From positions 84,258,001 through 84,322,000 of the forward strand of contig OZ024746.1 in assembly GCA_964016885.1 (NCBI GenBank): a stretch of DNA of 64,000 bases, given 5' to 3'. The translations under genes and the position numbers were made by a program. Positions 28,240-44,593 of this stretch are shown here, one piece after another. This DNA comes from Eledone cirrhosa. Taxonomy: Eukaryota. A model generated the notes under the pieces. The model was not told the DNA's origin. It ran no database searches and saw nothing but the letters and a program-made list of their open reading frames with translations. Numbering within the stretch: position 1 is the first letter of the stretch; the number at the start of each line of letters is the position of its first letter.

Positions 28240-28800
28240 ATACCTTTAGATTTGTACCTGTGATTAGTGGTACACTTGGATATGTTACTAACTGCTTCAC
28301 TACAAATCTTGAGAAGCTGGTCTTCACAGAACCAGAAAGATGTCAACTAATTAGAGAATTGCAAGTATAATCCATTGCACTTGCATAATCGTCCGGAAAT
28401 GTTAATTAATTCCAAGAACAAAGCCAACTAATTCGCTTCCCCCAAATCCAATTGATTAGCTGTGCAGTGAAGATTTGTGAAACATTTTAATGATTCTTCT
28501 TTTGAGTTTCCTGGGATTAATATATACACACACTCACGTGTAAATATGACAAATATAAACAATCACATACCCACATACATGAAAAGTAATCATATATACA
28601 CACATTGTTGTGTACTAAAGACACATATACACCCATTACATGATTACACGTATATTCATACATACACCTATATACACACATTAACTCACTCGCATAGTCG
28701 CAAATCCTGGGAATTTTCTTCATTCAAACAAAACCCCTGTCACTTAGTAACAAGCTTAACTTTTACGTTAAACACAAATATATTTCTAAGAAAACATACA
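28240..28800 (+). pseudogene. Decayed 3' fragments of RLE-type non-LTR retrotransposon
   Basis: YTFRFVPVISGTLGYVTNCFTTNLEKLVFTEPERCQLIRELQV aligns to the 35041-35460 ORF; followed by a (TACA)n tract. Confidence 0.7.
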
Positions 28801-30349
28801 TAATAACATACATACATGCTTACATACATACAAACATACATACATACATACATACATACATACATACATACATACATACATACATACATACATACATACA
28901 TACATACATACATACATACATACATACATACATACATACATACATACGCGCGTACACACACACATTCCATCATTCTATGGTGTAAATATATAGGTAGAAA
29001 GAATCTATACTATGATACTATGAAAATAAATGATGTGTGTGTTAGCTTGCTGCAAGATGAAATTATGAGTAATGGGCGGCAAAGTTATTTAATCTCACTA
29101 ATAAAGACATTTTTGTCATGCCAAAGGAGCACCCTATACGTGTTCATTGGTCTTGCTAGAAATAGCAGCAAAATCTTCAAATAAAATTCCACCGCTTTTT
29201 GAAAAAAAGGAAGAGCGCGTTGGATAATGTGATCTAAGCAAGACTTGTGACAAGAATTCTATTTAGAAATAGCAGCCAAATCTCACTCAATTCACACCTT
29301 AAAAAAAGAACAATGTTTTTAAATAATTTTACTCTAGATACACTCTTTGAACAATAGATGGGATAGTCACGGCTGTAAGGTCTTTGATCATAGGTCTTGT
29401 CTAACGGAGGATATGGAATTTAAACAGAAGCAACAACAAAAACACGTGTTTAACGAACCGAGAAAACCTTTATGCGATCGCTCGGCTAGCTAGAAATAGC
29501 AGCCAAATCTCGCCCTAATAATACCTTACAGATTTTTTAAAAGGACTGATGCATTGGATACTATATTCCTAATTGACTGTCTTGAAAAGGGGACATTTTA
29601 GTAATGATGCGAACGTCCTTAGTCGTAGATCTCTTGACTCAAGGTTGATCTATATTAAATAACACCGACAACACATTTTTGTTTCATTTATTTCAAATCC
29701 GATTTATACTGATTCAAATCAACAGTCTGAACGTTTCAAGTGATTATAAAGATGGCGGGTTGGTAGATACAGCATTGCCAACAGTAATACCTTACGCTAT
29801 TTAGTTACAGCTCTTTACATTCTGATTTCAAATCCAACCTGTTCCTTGTGGTAATGTATGAATGTATGTGAAATGTGTGGGATAGAGTAAATTACAGCCG
29901 AAAATCGAAAGAAGATTGTGAATTTGGCTTGTTCAGACTCCTGTTTTATGCCAGGGTTTCACCTCTTTTCTCTACGCCGTGATTTTAACTTGATTCTACA
30001 CCGGAATCTATAATTATCTTAGTTTACACCGGAATCTTACCTCTTTTCTTCGTCATGTGTTTATCTCTAATATATGTTGAAACCTTACATTTAACCTTCA
30101 CTGAGATACAATTATTCTACACCAGTAAATATGACCTGCAAGAAATAAAACCCAAGTCTCCCTCAAAATATAACCTACCCTTTTTTTAAACAAAAATGGA
30201 AATTGTCTGGAAAAAAAAAGACAGTTGGTCAAACGTAGGATGCCTTTGATCATTGATCGATCAGGATTAAATATAATCAGAGAATTAATTCCAACCGTAT
30301 TCTGTGATCTCGCCTAGAGGATGCCCATCTTCAACCAATCCAAAATTGC

Positions 30350-30482
30350 ATTACAGAGGATATTCTCTCATGCGAGATTTGTAATAGAGTACTGCTCCAG
30401 CATCTTGAATGGTGCTTTTACTTCACTCGCAAGCAGAGATATCTTAGACCGCATCCAGAGACAAGCCACTCGACTAATAGTC
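30350..30482 (+). pseudogene. CR1/L2-like LINE fragment (region downstream of RT)
   Basis: IEYCSSIL...ILDRIQRQATRLI resembles the LEYC.....W......LE.IQRRATRLI motif of CR1/L2 ORF2. Confidence 0.55.
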
Positions 30483-30714
30483 AGGAAGTATCTGAAGGTC
30501 ATGTATATAATATACAATATCGTTTTCTTGATGTGTGCCGTGTTTTTGTGCTATTAAAGGAGATAATATTAATAGAAACCCATTAGAGAAGTCTTAACAC
30601 ATTGGCGTACTTTCCAAATGCTGATTTATCTCTGAACCGCTTAACACAAACACGCACACACACACCAAATTTAAACATCGATGCAGTGGATCACAGATCT
30701 CCGTGAAGAGACAT

Positions 30715-30814
<100 letters not shown>

Positions 30815-33691
30815 CAGATATAAACATTGATTCAGTGGATCACAGATGCTAGCTAACTTTTCATTAATGAAAAAAAGAACGTCTATAATTCGAAAAAGTC
30901 AAGGAGAGGCAAAAAAAAAAGCGAATAATTTAGGATCGTTGCCATATGTCATTTGCGCGCGCAAGATAATGAGGATTAACTCATTGATTAAGAAACCATT
31001 ATTAACTAATTGCAGCTGACATAAGCTATATCTGCGGGAAATACCTACAGGTCACCTTAAGCTGTAGTTTAAGGTCACCTGTTGCTTTAAACTACAGATC
31101 ACCTGTTGTCTTAAACCATAGATCGAGCGATAATGTAGAGGCTCCCTCGTATGTTTTAAAAGGTAATAGCCTAGTGTGTTAATATAGGTAACTATGCTTT
31201 ACTAATTTCAAGTACGTATGTACGCATAGACCCGTAACTCCTGATGGAGTCGTAGGGGTGCCATCGTTACATACGTTAAACCTTGTGACGACCATGCCCT
31301 CTCCAAGTCTAGATACAGCCGATTTCTTCTAGAGAGGGAGAGAGAGATTGAAAGAGAGGGGAAGTGAAAATAAGATTTAGAAAAAGTATCGACCCCCAGT
31401 ACTGAACTGGAACCTTTTTTATCAACCTCAAAAGGATGAAAGACAAAGTTGTCCTCGGCGAGATTCGAACTCAGAGAGTAGAGAGCCGGAACAAATAAAG
31501 CAAAACATTTTATCTGACGTTATAACGACTCTGCCAATTTGCCGCCTAAATTTAGGTAATCTATACCAAAATTCATTGCCTACAGGTTATCTATACCAGT
31601 CGCTCAGTATATTAGAATAGGTAACTGACTTTTAACAATACGAATAAAGCGTACTTCAGTACATTTTGAATAGATCAAAAAGAGTTTGATCTATTCTCGA
31701 TATATGTCCCTTAAATCTGGCTGATCCCGTCACACAAATCTCTCCTCCTCTCATCGCCGATATAGTGTCCACCCTTTCCAAGATCTGCACTAACCACTTC
31801 ACTCATTCCTTCTTTCACGGAATATCAACCTTCTGAAACTCCCTTTCATATGCCTAAATGAAACATTATCCATGTTATTCTACACGGTGGTGACGGTCCG
31901 TGATGACCATGGACACAACTACTTCCTCTAGAGTAAACCAATAAAAATAAGCCAGTGGAAACACTTTACAGTTCAATCGCTGCTTATTAATATTAGTGAA
32001 TTGTGAACTATAGCTTCAGCGTGCTTGTTGACCTACTAGAAATAGCAGTCAATTCCCCTTCAAATTTTCATTGAAAAACGGACAGGACATGTTAAATAAT
32101 GAAGTCCTACACACTCTAAAATAACGAGGTAGTCATGATTTGAATGCTTTTAATCATAAATCTGTTCGTGTCCGATCAGTGTTGACCTGGGGCTAAATGA
32201 CAGTGCGTGTAATTTGGATCAACGAGATAATCTATGTATGGTCGAGTGACCTGCAAGAAACAGCAGCCGAATCACAACAAAATAGTACCGGTTACTTTGA
32301 TAATATGTCTGAAAAGGAAACAGATGGAATATACATGATTGGAATGCTTTTAATAATAGGTTTGTTCGATCAGGATTAACCAGAGATTAAACAACAGCTT
32401 GCGTTGGCTTCAAGAGAATGTTAGTTTATAGATCAAAGCCACAAATTATTTAGATATAACCAAAAGTTACTTGAGCATTCTAATTATATTGTTTTAACCC
32501 AACATCCAATTGTTAGCTTCATTCGATACAGTTCTAATACAGCATGAAACGTTAACATGCAACATGCATTCATTAAAACTTCTCCATAGTCACTGCTTTA
32601 GTATAATCTTATAATATTCTACAGGGCTTTTATACATGCAATAATTAATTCTTCCTGTCTTATGTGTGTTTGTGTGTGTGTGCGGATGTATTTATTGATT
32701 CCTGGCATAGTCTCAAGGCCAGAAATTTGTAGGAAGAAAGCAATGATTCTAATTTTATCGATCCCAGAGGGATAAAACGTTAAGTTGAACTCGTCGGGAT
32801 TTAAACTCAGAACGTAAAGGGCTGTAAATCAATAGCGCATGGCATTTTGTTTCACCGCTCTACCGATTCTGCTAATCCACCGCCCTTCTGTTTGTATATT
32901 TATTAATTTCTACTTAAGGCCAAGGTCATCTTTGCCGTTCATCCTTCCTAGGTCGATAAAATAAAGTACCACTCAAGTACCGGGGTTAATTTAATCAACT
33001 TTGCTTTTCTCCAAAATTTGCTGGTGCTGTGCCAAAATTAGACATCAATATTGTGATTTAATGGAGACTAACAAGATGACACGATCATTTTAGTAGTGAC
33101 GTGAATTTCGATGGTGTGTCACAATAGCGAAATATTCAACTGTGTTAGTAGGATATAATGTATTCTGAGAGTTATAACATAGTAAAAGTACAACTGGCCG
33201 CGAGTTAGTAGAAACCTTTACACACTCAGACAGTTTAGATACTTGTAAACCTCTTTTCTCTCCAGTAATGCAAATACTTATTAACCTGAGCTGCCAAAGC
33301 AATGACTTACCATACATAATTACATAATTGACTCCATTCTTCATTAACTCGGAATTAGCTCGGCTACAGGCAAATGTCATTGGCGAATATGCATCGCATA
33401 TACTAGATACAATAATCTCCGTCTATACATCTATCCATGTAGCTATCCATAAATCCTGAACTACAGATGCAATTGTAGGTGCGACATCTTGGGCATTTTA
33501 AACCTGACGGAACCCATCCTTCTCTATGTCAGAGCACAGCCGATTTCTCCCAGAAACAGAGAAAGATAGCGGGGAAAGGGTGTGTGTGTGTGTGTGTCTG
33601 TGTGTGTGTGTGTCTGTCTGTATGTGTCTGTGTGTGTGTGCGTGTGTGTTTGTGTCTGTGTGTGTATCTGTGTGTGTGTGAGTGTGTGTTT

Positions 33692-33744
<53 letters not shown>

Positions 33745-33940
33745 TGTCTGTGTGTGTCTGTGTATGTGTATGTGTCTGTGTCTGTGTGTATGTGTGTTTG
33801 TGTGTCTGTGTGTGTGTGTGTTTGTGTGTCTGTGTGTGTGTGTGTATGTGTGTGTGCATGTGTCTGTGTCTGTGTGTATGTGTGTTTGTGTGTCTGTGTG
33901 TGTGTGTGTGTTTGTGTGTCTGTGTGTGTGTTGGTGTGTC

Positions 33941-33971
<31 letters not shown>

Positions 33972-34815
33972 CTGTGTGTGTGTATGAAAGAGGGGAAGTG
34001 AGAAAATGAGAAAACAAAAGAGAAGAATTGACTGCAATACTTGACTGGAACTTTAATCTAGAGGGTGGTGAAAGTAACACAATATTTCGTGACATCACTA
34101 GTCTAATGTAATTTAGTAACAGAGAAGTCACCTTTCTACAAACCATAGCCAAAAGGAGAGTTGAATTTATCACTCCAAGTAAACGAATCATACATTAGGT
34201 CTATAGTGCTCTTTATTATTACTACCTTGTATTTATATATTATCTCTATTCATCGTCACCTCCTAACAATTTTATTTCTATATTTTTTTCATCGTATTTT
34301 TAAATTAATCTTTTCATCCTTTAGTTTCCTTTTTAGAAAATGTCTTCGTAAAATTCAATTATATATTATTGCACTCTTCAAAACAGTCAAACTTATATGT
34401 TAAGTACGTGAGTATGTATGTATGTATGTATGTATGTATGTATGTATGTATGTATGTATGTATGTATGTATGTACGTATGTATGTATCTATATACGTATG
34501 TATGTATGTGTGTATGTATGTATGTATGTATGTATGTATGTATGTATGTATGTATGTATGTATGTATGTACGTATGTATGTATGTATGTACGTATGTATG
34601 TATGTACGTATGTATGTATGTAGTATGTATGTATGTATGTACGTACGTATGTATGTATCTATATACGTATGTATGTATGTATGTACGTATGTATGTATGT
34701 ATGTATGTATGTACCTATGTATGTATGTACGTACGTACGTATGTATGTATGTATGTATGTATGTATGTATGTATGTATGTATGTATGTATGTATGTATGT
34801 ATGTATGTATGTATG

Positions 34816-35527
34816 TTCTTCTGGTTTTATAATTTCACAAAGTTTTACCAATAGAGAGAGAGTCGGTTTCTAACATAGACACAAGACTCTCTCATTGGAA
34901 TTTACACATCAACTAGGTAGATATGTCTGCATGCATGCATGTGTAGATATGGATGTTATTGTATGTGTGGATGTGGATGTTTTGAGTTGTATGTCTGCAT
35001 GTGTATATGCTTTGTATCTGTACATGTGTATATGCAGTTATTAGATGCAAAATTTTTGGAATGTTTTACATATTTTTACTGTTCCATTAATGGATTGTAC
35101 TTGTAGTTTCCTAACTAGTTGTGTTCTTTCTGTTCCTGTGAAGCCTAGCTTCTCAAGATTTATATTGAGGCAGTTACTAACATATCCCAGTGCCCCAATA
35201 ATCACAGGCATAAATCTGAAGGTGTAATCAGGGTGGAGTATCTGCAGATTTCTCATCAGTTCTGCATAAATATTCTCCTTTTCACTAATCTTTGATATTA
35301 TATTGGCATCTGCTGGGCAGCTAATTTCCACTACTGTGCATGTTTTCTTCTCCCTGTCCCATATCATAATATCTGGTCTGTTATGCCTGCATTTTATTGG
35401 GGTTTTTACTGGAACATTCCACCAGTACTCTTTCATATTATGTACATGGATGTCTTCCACATTGTTGTAGCTTTTAATGTGTTTATTATCCGGGCTATCT
35501 TTTTTACGAACTGCATTGTACAGTGTG
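34816..35527 (-). mobile_element. 5'-truncated RLE-bearing non-LTR retrotransposon (R4/Dong-like) in (TACA)n
   Basis: Open frame 35527-35041 with RPDIMIWD...VVEISCP...K..EK...Y (PD-(D/E)xK-like) and PVIIGALG; ~225-bp 3' UTR; (TATG)n arrays abut both ends. Confidence 0.85.
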
Positions 35528-36343
35528 TACGTATGTATGTATGTATGTATGTATGTATGTATGTATGTATGTATGTATGTATGTATGTATGTATGTATGT
35601 ATGTATGTATCAGAAGCGTATATGGAAGCTTGTATAATATATTTATGCAGAATAAGTATATATAAGGCGGCTCACTGTGAGTACTTTAAGCTGTGATCAT
35701 GTCACAGCTGCCTCTGTAACCATGTAAGAACGCCGAATAAAGCATTTCAGGATCTTTACCCATCACCAGCGACGTTTACTCGCTTGATACTGAAGCAGAA
35801 AAGCTAATTAATTATATATTGATTGTGCAAATAATACATTTTGGATATACTCATACGCATATAGTGCGAGCTTGACGGGTTGGTATTATAAGCAGTACCA
35901 CTAACACAGTGTGATTCTGAATAGAGATGTGTGTGGAAGCATATACAATATTTTTATGTGTAATAAACATACATAAGCCTCTTTCACATAGGTACCAGAA
36001 AATTTTCAATACAAATACTGTAAACTTATTTAATTCTACTACACCTAATATAGCCTAGAATATAGCTCCTTCTAACTTAGCTAAATTACATTATAATATT
36101 AACTGTGATTTACTAACCCTAATCATTGTCCTCTTCTTTCTAAATACTTAAGTAAGGACATTGTCTCCAAATTTCAGGTTAAAACTAATACTTTTTATAA
36201 GACATACATCAACTTTGCCACTAATAATTTCCAGATCCGCTACCATCCTCATAACCATACGTTTACGAGCTCTGCCAGAAGAAAACAATTGCAGGGGAAA
36301 TAATTCTGGATTATATTTAGTTACTATATTATCATCATTATTG

Positions 36344-36535
36344 TGGTGGATTGGCAATATTGGTAGAGGGTCGGACGACATGCTTTCCAACATAGAGTTA
36401 CGTCCCTTTACGGCCTGAGTTCAAATCCCGCCGAGGTTAACTTTGCCTTTCATCCTTACGGGGTCGCTAAAATAAAATACCAGTAACGTACTGAGATAAT
36501 TGCTGGCCTTGTGCCAAAATTAGAAACAATTATTG
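36344..36535 (+). mobile_element. SINE family 1
   Basis: A/B boxes and body match the family. Confidence 0.9.
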
Positions 36536-36984
36536 TTTGACTGCAGTTGCAAACAGGCCACAATCCTTCTTCACCCATTACAAGTTTCATAATCAGTTGC
36601 TATTCCTCGCTCGGAAATTGGACCCTTGCCATTCGTGGGATTTTAATCCCTATGCAGTATTTGGCCTCAGAATTCAATATACCGGAAAAGATGTCAACTT
36701 GTTCAACGCTCTAATAATTCCGCCAGTTCACCGACTCAGAAAGGATGAAAACAAAGTTGACCTGGGCAAGATTGAAACTCAAAACGCAGAGAACAGAAAC
36801 AAAGGGCACGAAATATTCTATTCAACGCTCTAATGATTCTGCTAATTTTCAATTTACGTTTACGTCTTGTATTTGATATGAAATATAATGGATTTAATTT
36901 ATATTGGATTTTATAATGTGAAGTTTATTACTATTATTTGAACATATTTCTGTAACATTGCGAAATTATTAGAATTAAAAATGT

Positions 36985-37296
36985 AACTGCGTTGGAGTTC
37001 CGTCCGTTCCGACGATTAGTGTTACAGTTGTTTGATCAACGGAAGAACCTGCTCGTGAAATTAGTCTGCAAATGGCTGAGCAGTTCACAAATTTTCGCAT
37101 ATTTAATGTAGTTCTCTGAAATTTAGCTTTACACAATGTGTGACAAAGCTGGTCTTTTAAAACACATTTACAACTCATTTTTGCATAATGAGTAGACTGA
37201 TGCAACATGAAATAATGTATCTTGCTCAAGAACACAATGAGTCACCGACAGCCTAACTCACAATCGTGAGCCAAACATCCTAACCACTAAACCACA
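36985..37296 (-). mobile_element. SINE family 2 (diverged)
   Basis: GTGGTTTAGTGGTTAGG head and TCTTGAGCAAGATAC motif on the minus strand. Confidence 0.7.
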
Positions 37297-37844
37297 GTTT
37301 AAAAGATAACTAATTGTAGAGAGCCGATCCATTTTATTTCGATTTTAATTTATAAATACTATTAATGGAACTTATTTATTTACATATAATTATAATATGT
37401 ATGTATTTTTTTTTAATTCAGAGTATTAATAAGGCAATGCCCAAGAAACGCCGTATGTCAATACGGCGTTCCTACGGCTCCATGAGGAGTTTCTTATGGA
37501 ATAGATTATTTTGTAAGATCTTTGATCATGAAAACTCTGTAGCTCTTCACTTAACGTTGACTACCAAGTAATATGGGAATATAGCGTTTATCTTTTGTTG
37601 TTGTTGTTGTTGTTGTTTTTTTGTTGTTTTTTGTTGCTGTTGCTTGTTCATACAGTTTTATTAAAGTAAGGTTTGTTCTTGACATTATTAATAGATAATT
37701 AATAGATATTAATTATCGACTTATTATATATTGATCAAATTAGCTGTAAATAATAGTATTTAGGGCGGGCTGTTGTTTTCGATTTGTATTTCTACTGTCA
37801 GGCTGAGAAGAATATCTGAGCATGATGATGTCTGTTTTAAGAGG

Positions 37845-37912
<68 letters not shown>

Positions 37913-37916
<4 letters not shown>

Positions 37917-38114
37917 GGAAATCAGTAAAATCGAATCTCTGGCGGTTTGCAAGTAAATTCGGCCTACTTATATGAAATGATGAGTTAGCAAAGCACTCGA
38001 TAAGATAGGACCACAGAGTAATAACATACGTTTAAATAGCTTGACAAATCTAACATTGTGGTAGGCGAAACTAACACACAATACATACCAAAGTAACGAT
38101 AGAACTAATCAGGT
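37913..38114 (-). mobile_element. Family G TA-flanked element
   Basis: Homologous to 40016-40178; ACTC/GAGT stem-loop at 37995-38019. Confidence 0.55.
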
Positions 38115-38118
38115 TATA

Positions 38119-38140
<22 letters not shown>

Positions 38141-38160
<20 letters not shown>

Positions 38161-38530
38161 CTTCACTCACTCCTGGTGGTCGTGGGGGCAGGGTCTTCAC
38201 AAACTCCTTCCAGCGGGTCCTGTCAGAAGCAACCGTCTCCAACTGATCCATTTGGATCCCCAATCGAGACCAGCGAAGCTCATGGATGTTATCTTGCTCG
38301 GGGTCTACCCCTTGGTCTCCTGCTGGTTGGTTTTGCCCGTAAAATCTGTCCAGCGAGTCTTTTCTGAAACATTCTAACCATATGTCCATAGTATCAGAGC
38401 TGTGATCTCTCAATTTTGAGAGATCACCTCTACCTGGAGTGACTCTCTGATCTCCGAGCTACACACTCTATCGAATAACGTTACTCCAAAGACCCTTCGG
38501 AGGAACCCCATTTCTGCCGCTTCTATTACA
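38141..38530 (-). pseudogene. RTE-clade LINE 3' fragment with poly(A) tail
   Basis: [19 protein letters not shown] and ...WSRLGIQMDQLETVASDRTRWKEFV, typical RTE ORF C-terminus; frameshifted; T-run at 38141-38159. Confidence 0.8.
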
Positions 38531-38681
38531 CATATATATGTATATATCTATATCTATCTATATATCTATCTATCTATATATATATATATATATGTATGTA
38601 TATATATATATATGTATATATATATGTGAATGTTTGTATATATATATATATATATGTGTGTGTGTATGCATATATATAAAT

Positions 38682-38712
<31 letters not shown>

Positions 38713-39268
38713 GAGAGAGAGAGAGGGAGAGAAAGGGGGGGGGGGGAGAAAGGCAGAGAGGGAGAAAGAGTAAGAGAAAGAAAGAGAGAGAGATGTACAT
38801 GTGTATTTATGTGTATTAACGAAATTTATAAACATAATTGTTTGGCTTAAGATTGATCCGATTTATCATTATTATATATGTACATTTGAGCGTTTATTTC
38901 CCAATAGTTCCTATTGAACAACTATTTATAAGTACATTGAATATGTTTTCTAGTACAGCATTTCTTTTATAGAATAGTAGATATTTTAGGTTATTTCTCT
39001 CTCATGTATTCAATAGGATTATTTTTATTGTCTAATATATTTTTCTAAATTCGCAGTACTGTTAAGAATAACGATTTTTTTTAGTTATTTCCCTTCATAT
39101 AGGATGTCGATTATTATTTTATTTTAATTTTTGCTGATTTATCAATTTTATTTAGATTTCATTCTCATATTTCAAAGACAGGTTTTGATTGAAGTTTTTG
39201 TGTAACTACCAGTTGTATAAATATATATCGTATACTATAAAGAAAATAGTATATATATATAGTATATA

Positions 39269-39332
<64 letters not shown>

Positions 39333-39349
39333 AGCGAGAAACTAATAAT

Positions 39350-39565
39350 GGTTTCTTATATAGGCACAAAGCCAGTAATTTGGGGGGAGGGGAAAGTCGA
39401 TTAAATCGACCCCAGTGCGTGACTGGTACTTTATTTTATCGACTCCATAAGGATGAAAGGCAAAGTTAACCTCGGCGGGATTTGAGCTCAGATCATAAAG
39501 AGCCGTAACTCTATGCTGCAAAGCATGGCGTCCGACCCTCTACCGATTCTGCCAATCCACCGCCC
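39350..39565 (-). mobile_element. SINE family 1, full length with TSD
   Basis: Direct repeat TTAAGCGAGAAACTAATAAT at 39330-39349 and 39566-39585. Confidence 0.92.
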
Positions 39566-39676
39566 TTAAGCGAGAAACTAATAATAATACCATCTGTACT
39601 GCCTCGCTGTTTTTGTTCTCTGTTCATATATATATATATATATATGTATGTGCATATATATATATATATATATGTA

Positions 39677-39709
<33 letters not shown>

Positions 39710-39964
39710 GACACACACAGAAACAAAATGGCGTAGGACAGAACAAAGGAGAGGCACAGAAACAAAGAAAGGAATCCCCAGTCACTGAAGAGGTCACAGA
39801 GTGTGTGACGAAAGAACTATGACAATATATAAACAACTATCTGGTTGTGGAACCAACCAACCAACCAGAAATTTATAAATTTATTATAAATGTATTATAA
39901 TAAATTGAAGTGAAAGCAACTGGTACGTGTGTTTCTTATTGGCAACATGACCCTCCCAAAGTAT

Positions 39965-39969
<5 letters not shown>
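39710..39969 (+). mobile_element. (TA)n-inserted family C element
   Basis: Homologous to 40457-40689; related 5' pieces at 1380-1420, 26505-26551 and 39596-39626. Confidence 0.75.
39781..39823 (+). ncRNA. Minimal type I hammerhead motif (family C)
   Basis: GUCA-CUGAAGA-G-GUCACA(GAGUG)UGUGAC-GAAA-GAAC-UA/UGAC. Confidence 0.65.
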
Positions 39970-40011
<42 letters not shown>

Positions 40012-40175
40012 TACACAATTGGAAGCTTAGTAAAATCGAAGCTTTGGCTGTGGCCAAGCAAAATCGGTCTACAATTAGGAATGAGTAGCAAAGCACTCAA
40101 TAAGGTAGGCCCTCGGAGTAATACCATAAGTTTATATAGCTTGACAAATTGAAAATTGCAGCAGGCAAAACCCAC

Positions 40176-40215
<40 letters not shown>

Positions 40216-40418
40216 TGAAACGGCAGGATCCCAGTCGTGTCATCGAGGTCCCGAATGCTTCATATATATATATAATTGCTCACTTTCGTCTGACTCATTC
40301 ATATAACCATACTCTACTACCACAAGTATCGAGTACTCTGGTGAGCATTGGTCTAACCAGTTTCTAACTGAATCCATCGTGATTTATATATACATACATA
40401 CACACACACACACACACA

Positions 40419-41060
<642 letters not shown>

Positions 41061-41129
41061 CCTAGGTGAGCAATTTTTGCTATATCGTACACTTAATGTA
41101 GCATTCAAGACGGCTTTAGAGAAAATAGA

Positions 41130-41450
41130 GTCTGGGTGTTTCGAAGGGATTCCTGAAATCAAATCCAGTCATACCATTTAATTTTACGCAAATGTCTTTT
41201 GAAATGTCTCAATGTCTCTTGTTTGGTGTGAAGAGACTGCAGGGAGCAATAATAATCTAGGCGAGACCTGCAAATATAGAAAATCGAAGGATGATGACAT
41301 AGAGATATGATGTCGAAACCGGAAAATGTTGTGGATCCAAGAGCTCATCCAACGAGACATATTGACTTTATTGTGGATATTTGGGCTCCAGCTGAGGTTA
41401 TTGTCGACTGATGCTGCGACGTCTCCAATATTGGTAGGTTCTCCTCTGTT
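41130..41450 (-). pseudogene. CR1-like LINE fragment downstream of RT
   Basis: [11 protein letters not shown]...WIHNIFRFR...VSPRL...DIETFQKTF resembles CR1 ORF2 motifs. Confidence 0.6.
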
Positions 41451-41456
41451 TATATA

Positions 41457-41929
<473 letters not shown>

Positions 41930-42580
41930 ATATATATATATATACACGCACACATATGTTAATATCGTATATATATATATATATTGCGTTTTTCTTCATA
42001 ATTACGCATGATGTTGAACTAGCCGGCTTTTAAATTCCCTTTTTGGCATATTATAAACAGTGGACTTTGGATATCGTGTCTTTGAGCTCTGCTGATGATC
42101 GAATCCAACCGTGACCATCCCCACTGAAAGTTTCGTGAAATAGTCTTTAAGACTATACAGAGCGTTGTAGTATTTTAAACTTTATTTTATTCTGAGTTAA
42201 GGCTCTATTGATTTTTCCCTGGATTTCACCAAATTCTGTGGATGAATCTATATCCTGATTCTTTTTGAATTGAGTTTGAATTATTTTCCCACATCTTACG
42301 TTAACTATTTTTCCAGTTTGACGCTTTAGTCACTTATATATTATGGAATACTGTTGGCTTCTTGTTACAATAATTTCTATACTTTTCATTTATATATATA
42401 TATATATATTTGTGTGTGTATGTAAGTGTATGCCTGTATACACACACACATATATATATATATATATAATATATATATGTGTGTGTGTGTGTTAATATAT
42501 CTATGTAAATATGTATGTATGTATATATATATATACATATATACATATATACATATAAACATATATATATATATATAAAT

Positions 42581-42789
<209 letters not shown>

Positions 42790-42793
42790 TATA

Positions 42794-43430
<637 letters not shown>

Positions 43431-43758
43431 TCATACTATTCGTGTTAGGTTACATCACTGACTCACTCTACCTACATTTGTAAATACTAAATACACCTAC
43501 ACCACATTCTGCAGTTAGCATTTTTTTTTTTCATAATTAGACGTGATGTTTGAGAGAGTCATGTAGCATAGCAATTAAAAACGGAAATGGGAAGTGTTGG
43601 CATTTATGCCTTTTCTGGAAAACATCGTGTGTATGTGTGTGTATGTGTGTGTGTGTATAAGAAAGGTACCACCATTAGTCAAACACTCAAAAAACATACA
43701 TGTACATGCACGTGTTCATATGCATATATATACACACGTACATATACACACATATATG

Positions 43759-43796
<38 letters not shown>

Positions 43797-43811
43797 TACA
43801 TATTTATGTAT

Positions 43812-43841
43812 ATATGGGTGTATGGGTGTGTGTGTGTGTGT

Positions 43842-43928
<87 letters not shown>

Positions 43929-43960
43929 CACCCTTGCAAGCAGGGAAAAGCGGACGTAAA

Positions 43961-43998
<38 letters not shown>

Positions 43999-44068
43999 AT
44001 ATATATATATATCATCATCATCATCATCATCATCATTTTACGTCCGCTTTTCCCTGCTTGCAAGGGTG

Positions 44069-44156
<88 letters not shown>

Positions 44157-44186
44157 ACACATACACACACGCCCATACACCCATAC
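43812..44186. repeat. Large fold-back centred on two inverted retroposon 3' tails
   Basis: GTCCCACCCTTGCAAGCAGGGAAAAGCGGACGTAAA(ATG)n-(AT)n-(ATC)n...GGGTGGGAC (43925-44072); outer flanks also mirrored. Confidence 0.9.
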
Positions 44187-44236
44187 AGACACACCCACAC
44201 ACCCACATATCTACATATACACACATATACACACAC

Positions 44237-44305
<69 letters not shown>

Positions 44306-44501
44306 AACACATACATACACACATTCATACACTCACATACACACACATGCATACACACATACACACACTCATACGCATACACCCATAGATTCGGAATGAA
44401 ACGAAACACATTTATCTCTAGCTTGTCTTGTGCCGCCTTTTTCTTCTAATTCCTGCTTGCCATTCTCTTTCATCTACCTTCATCATCCTCTCCTTCTCGT
44501 C

Positions 44502-44593
<92 letters not shown>

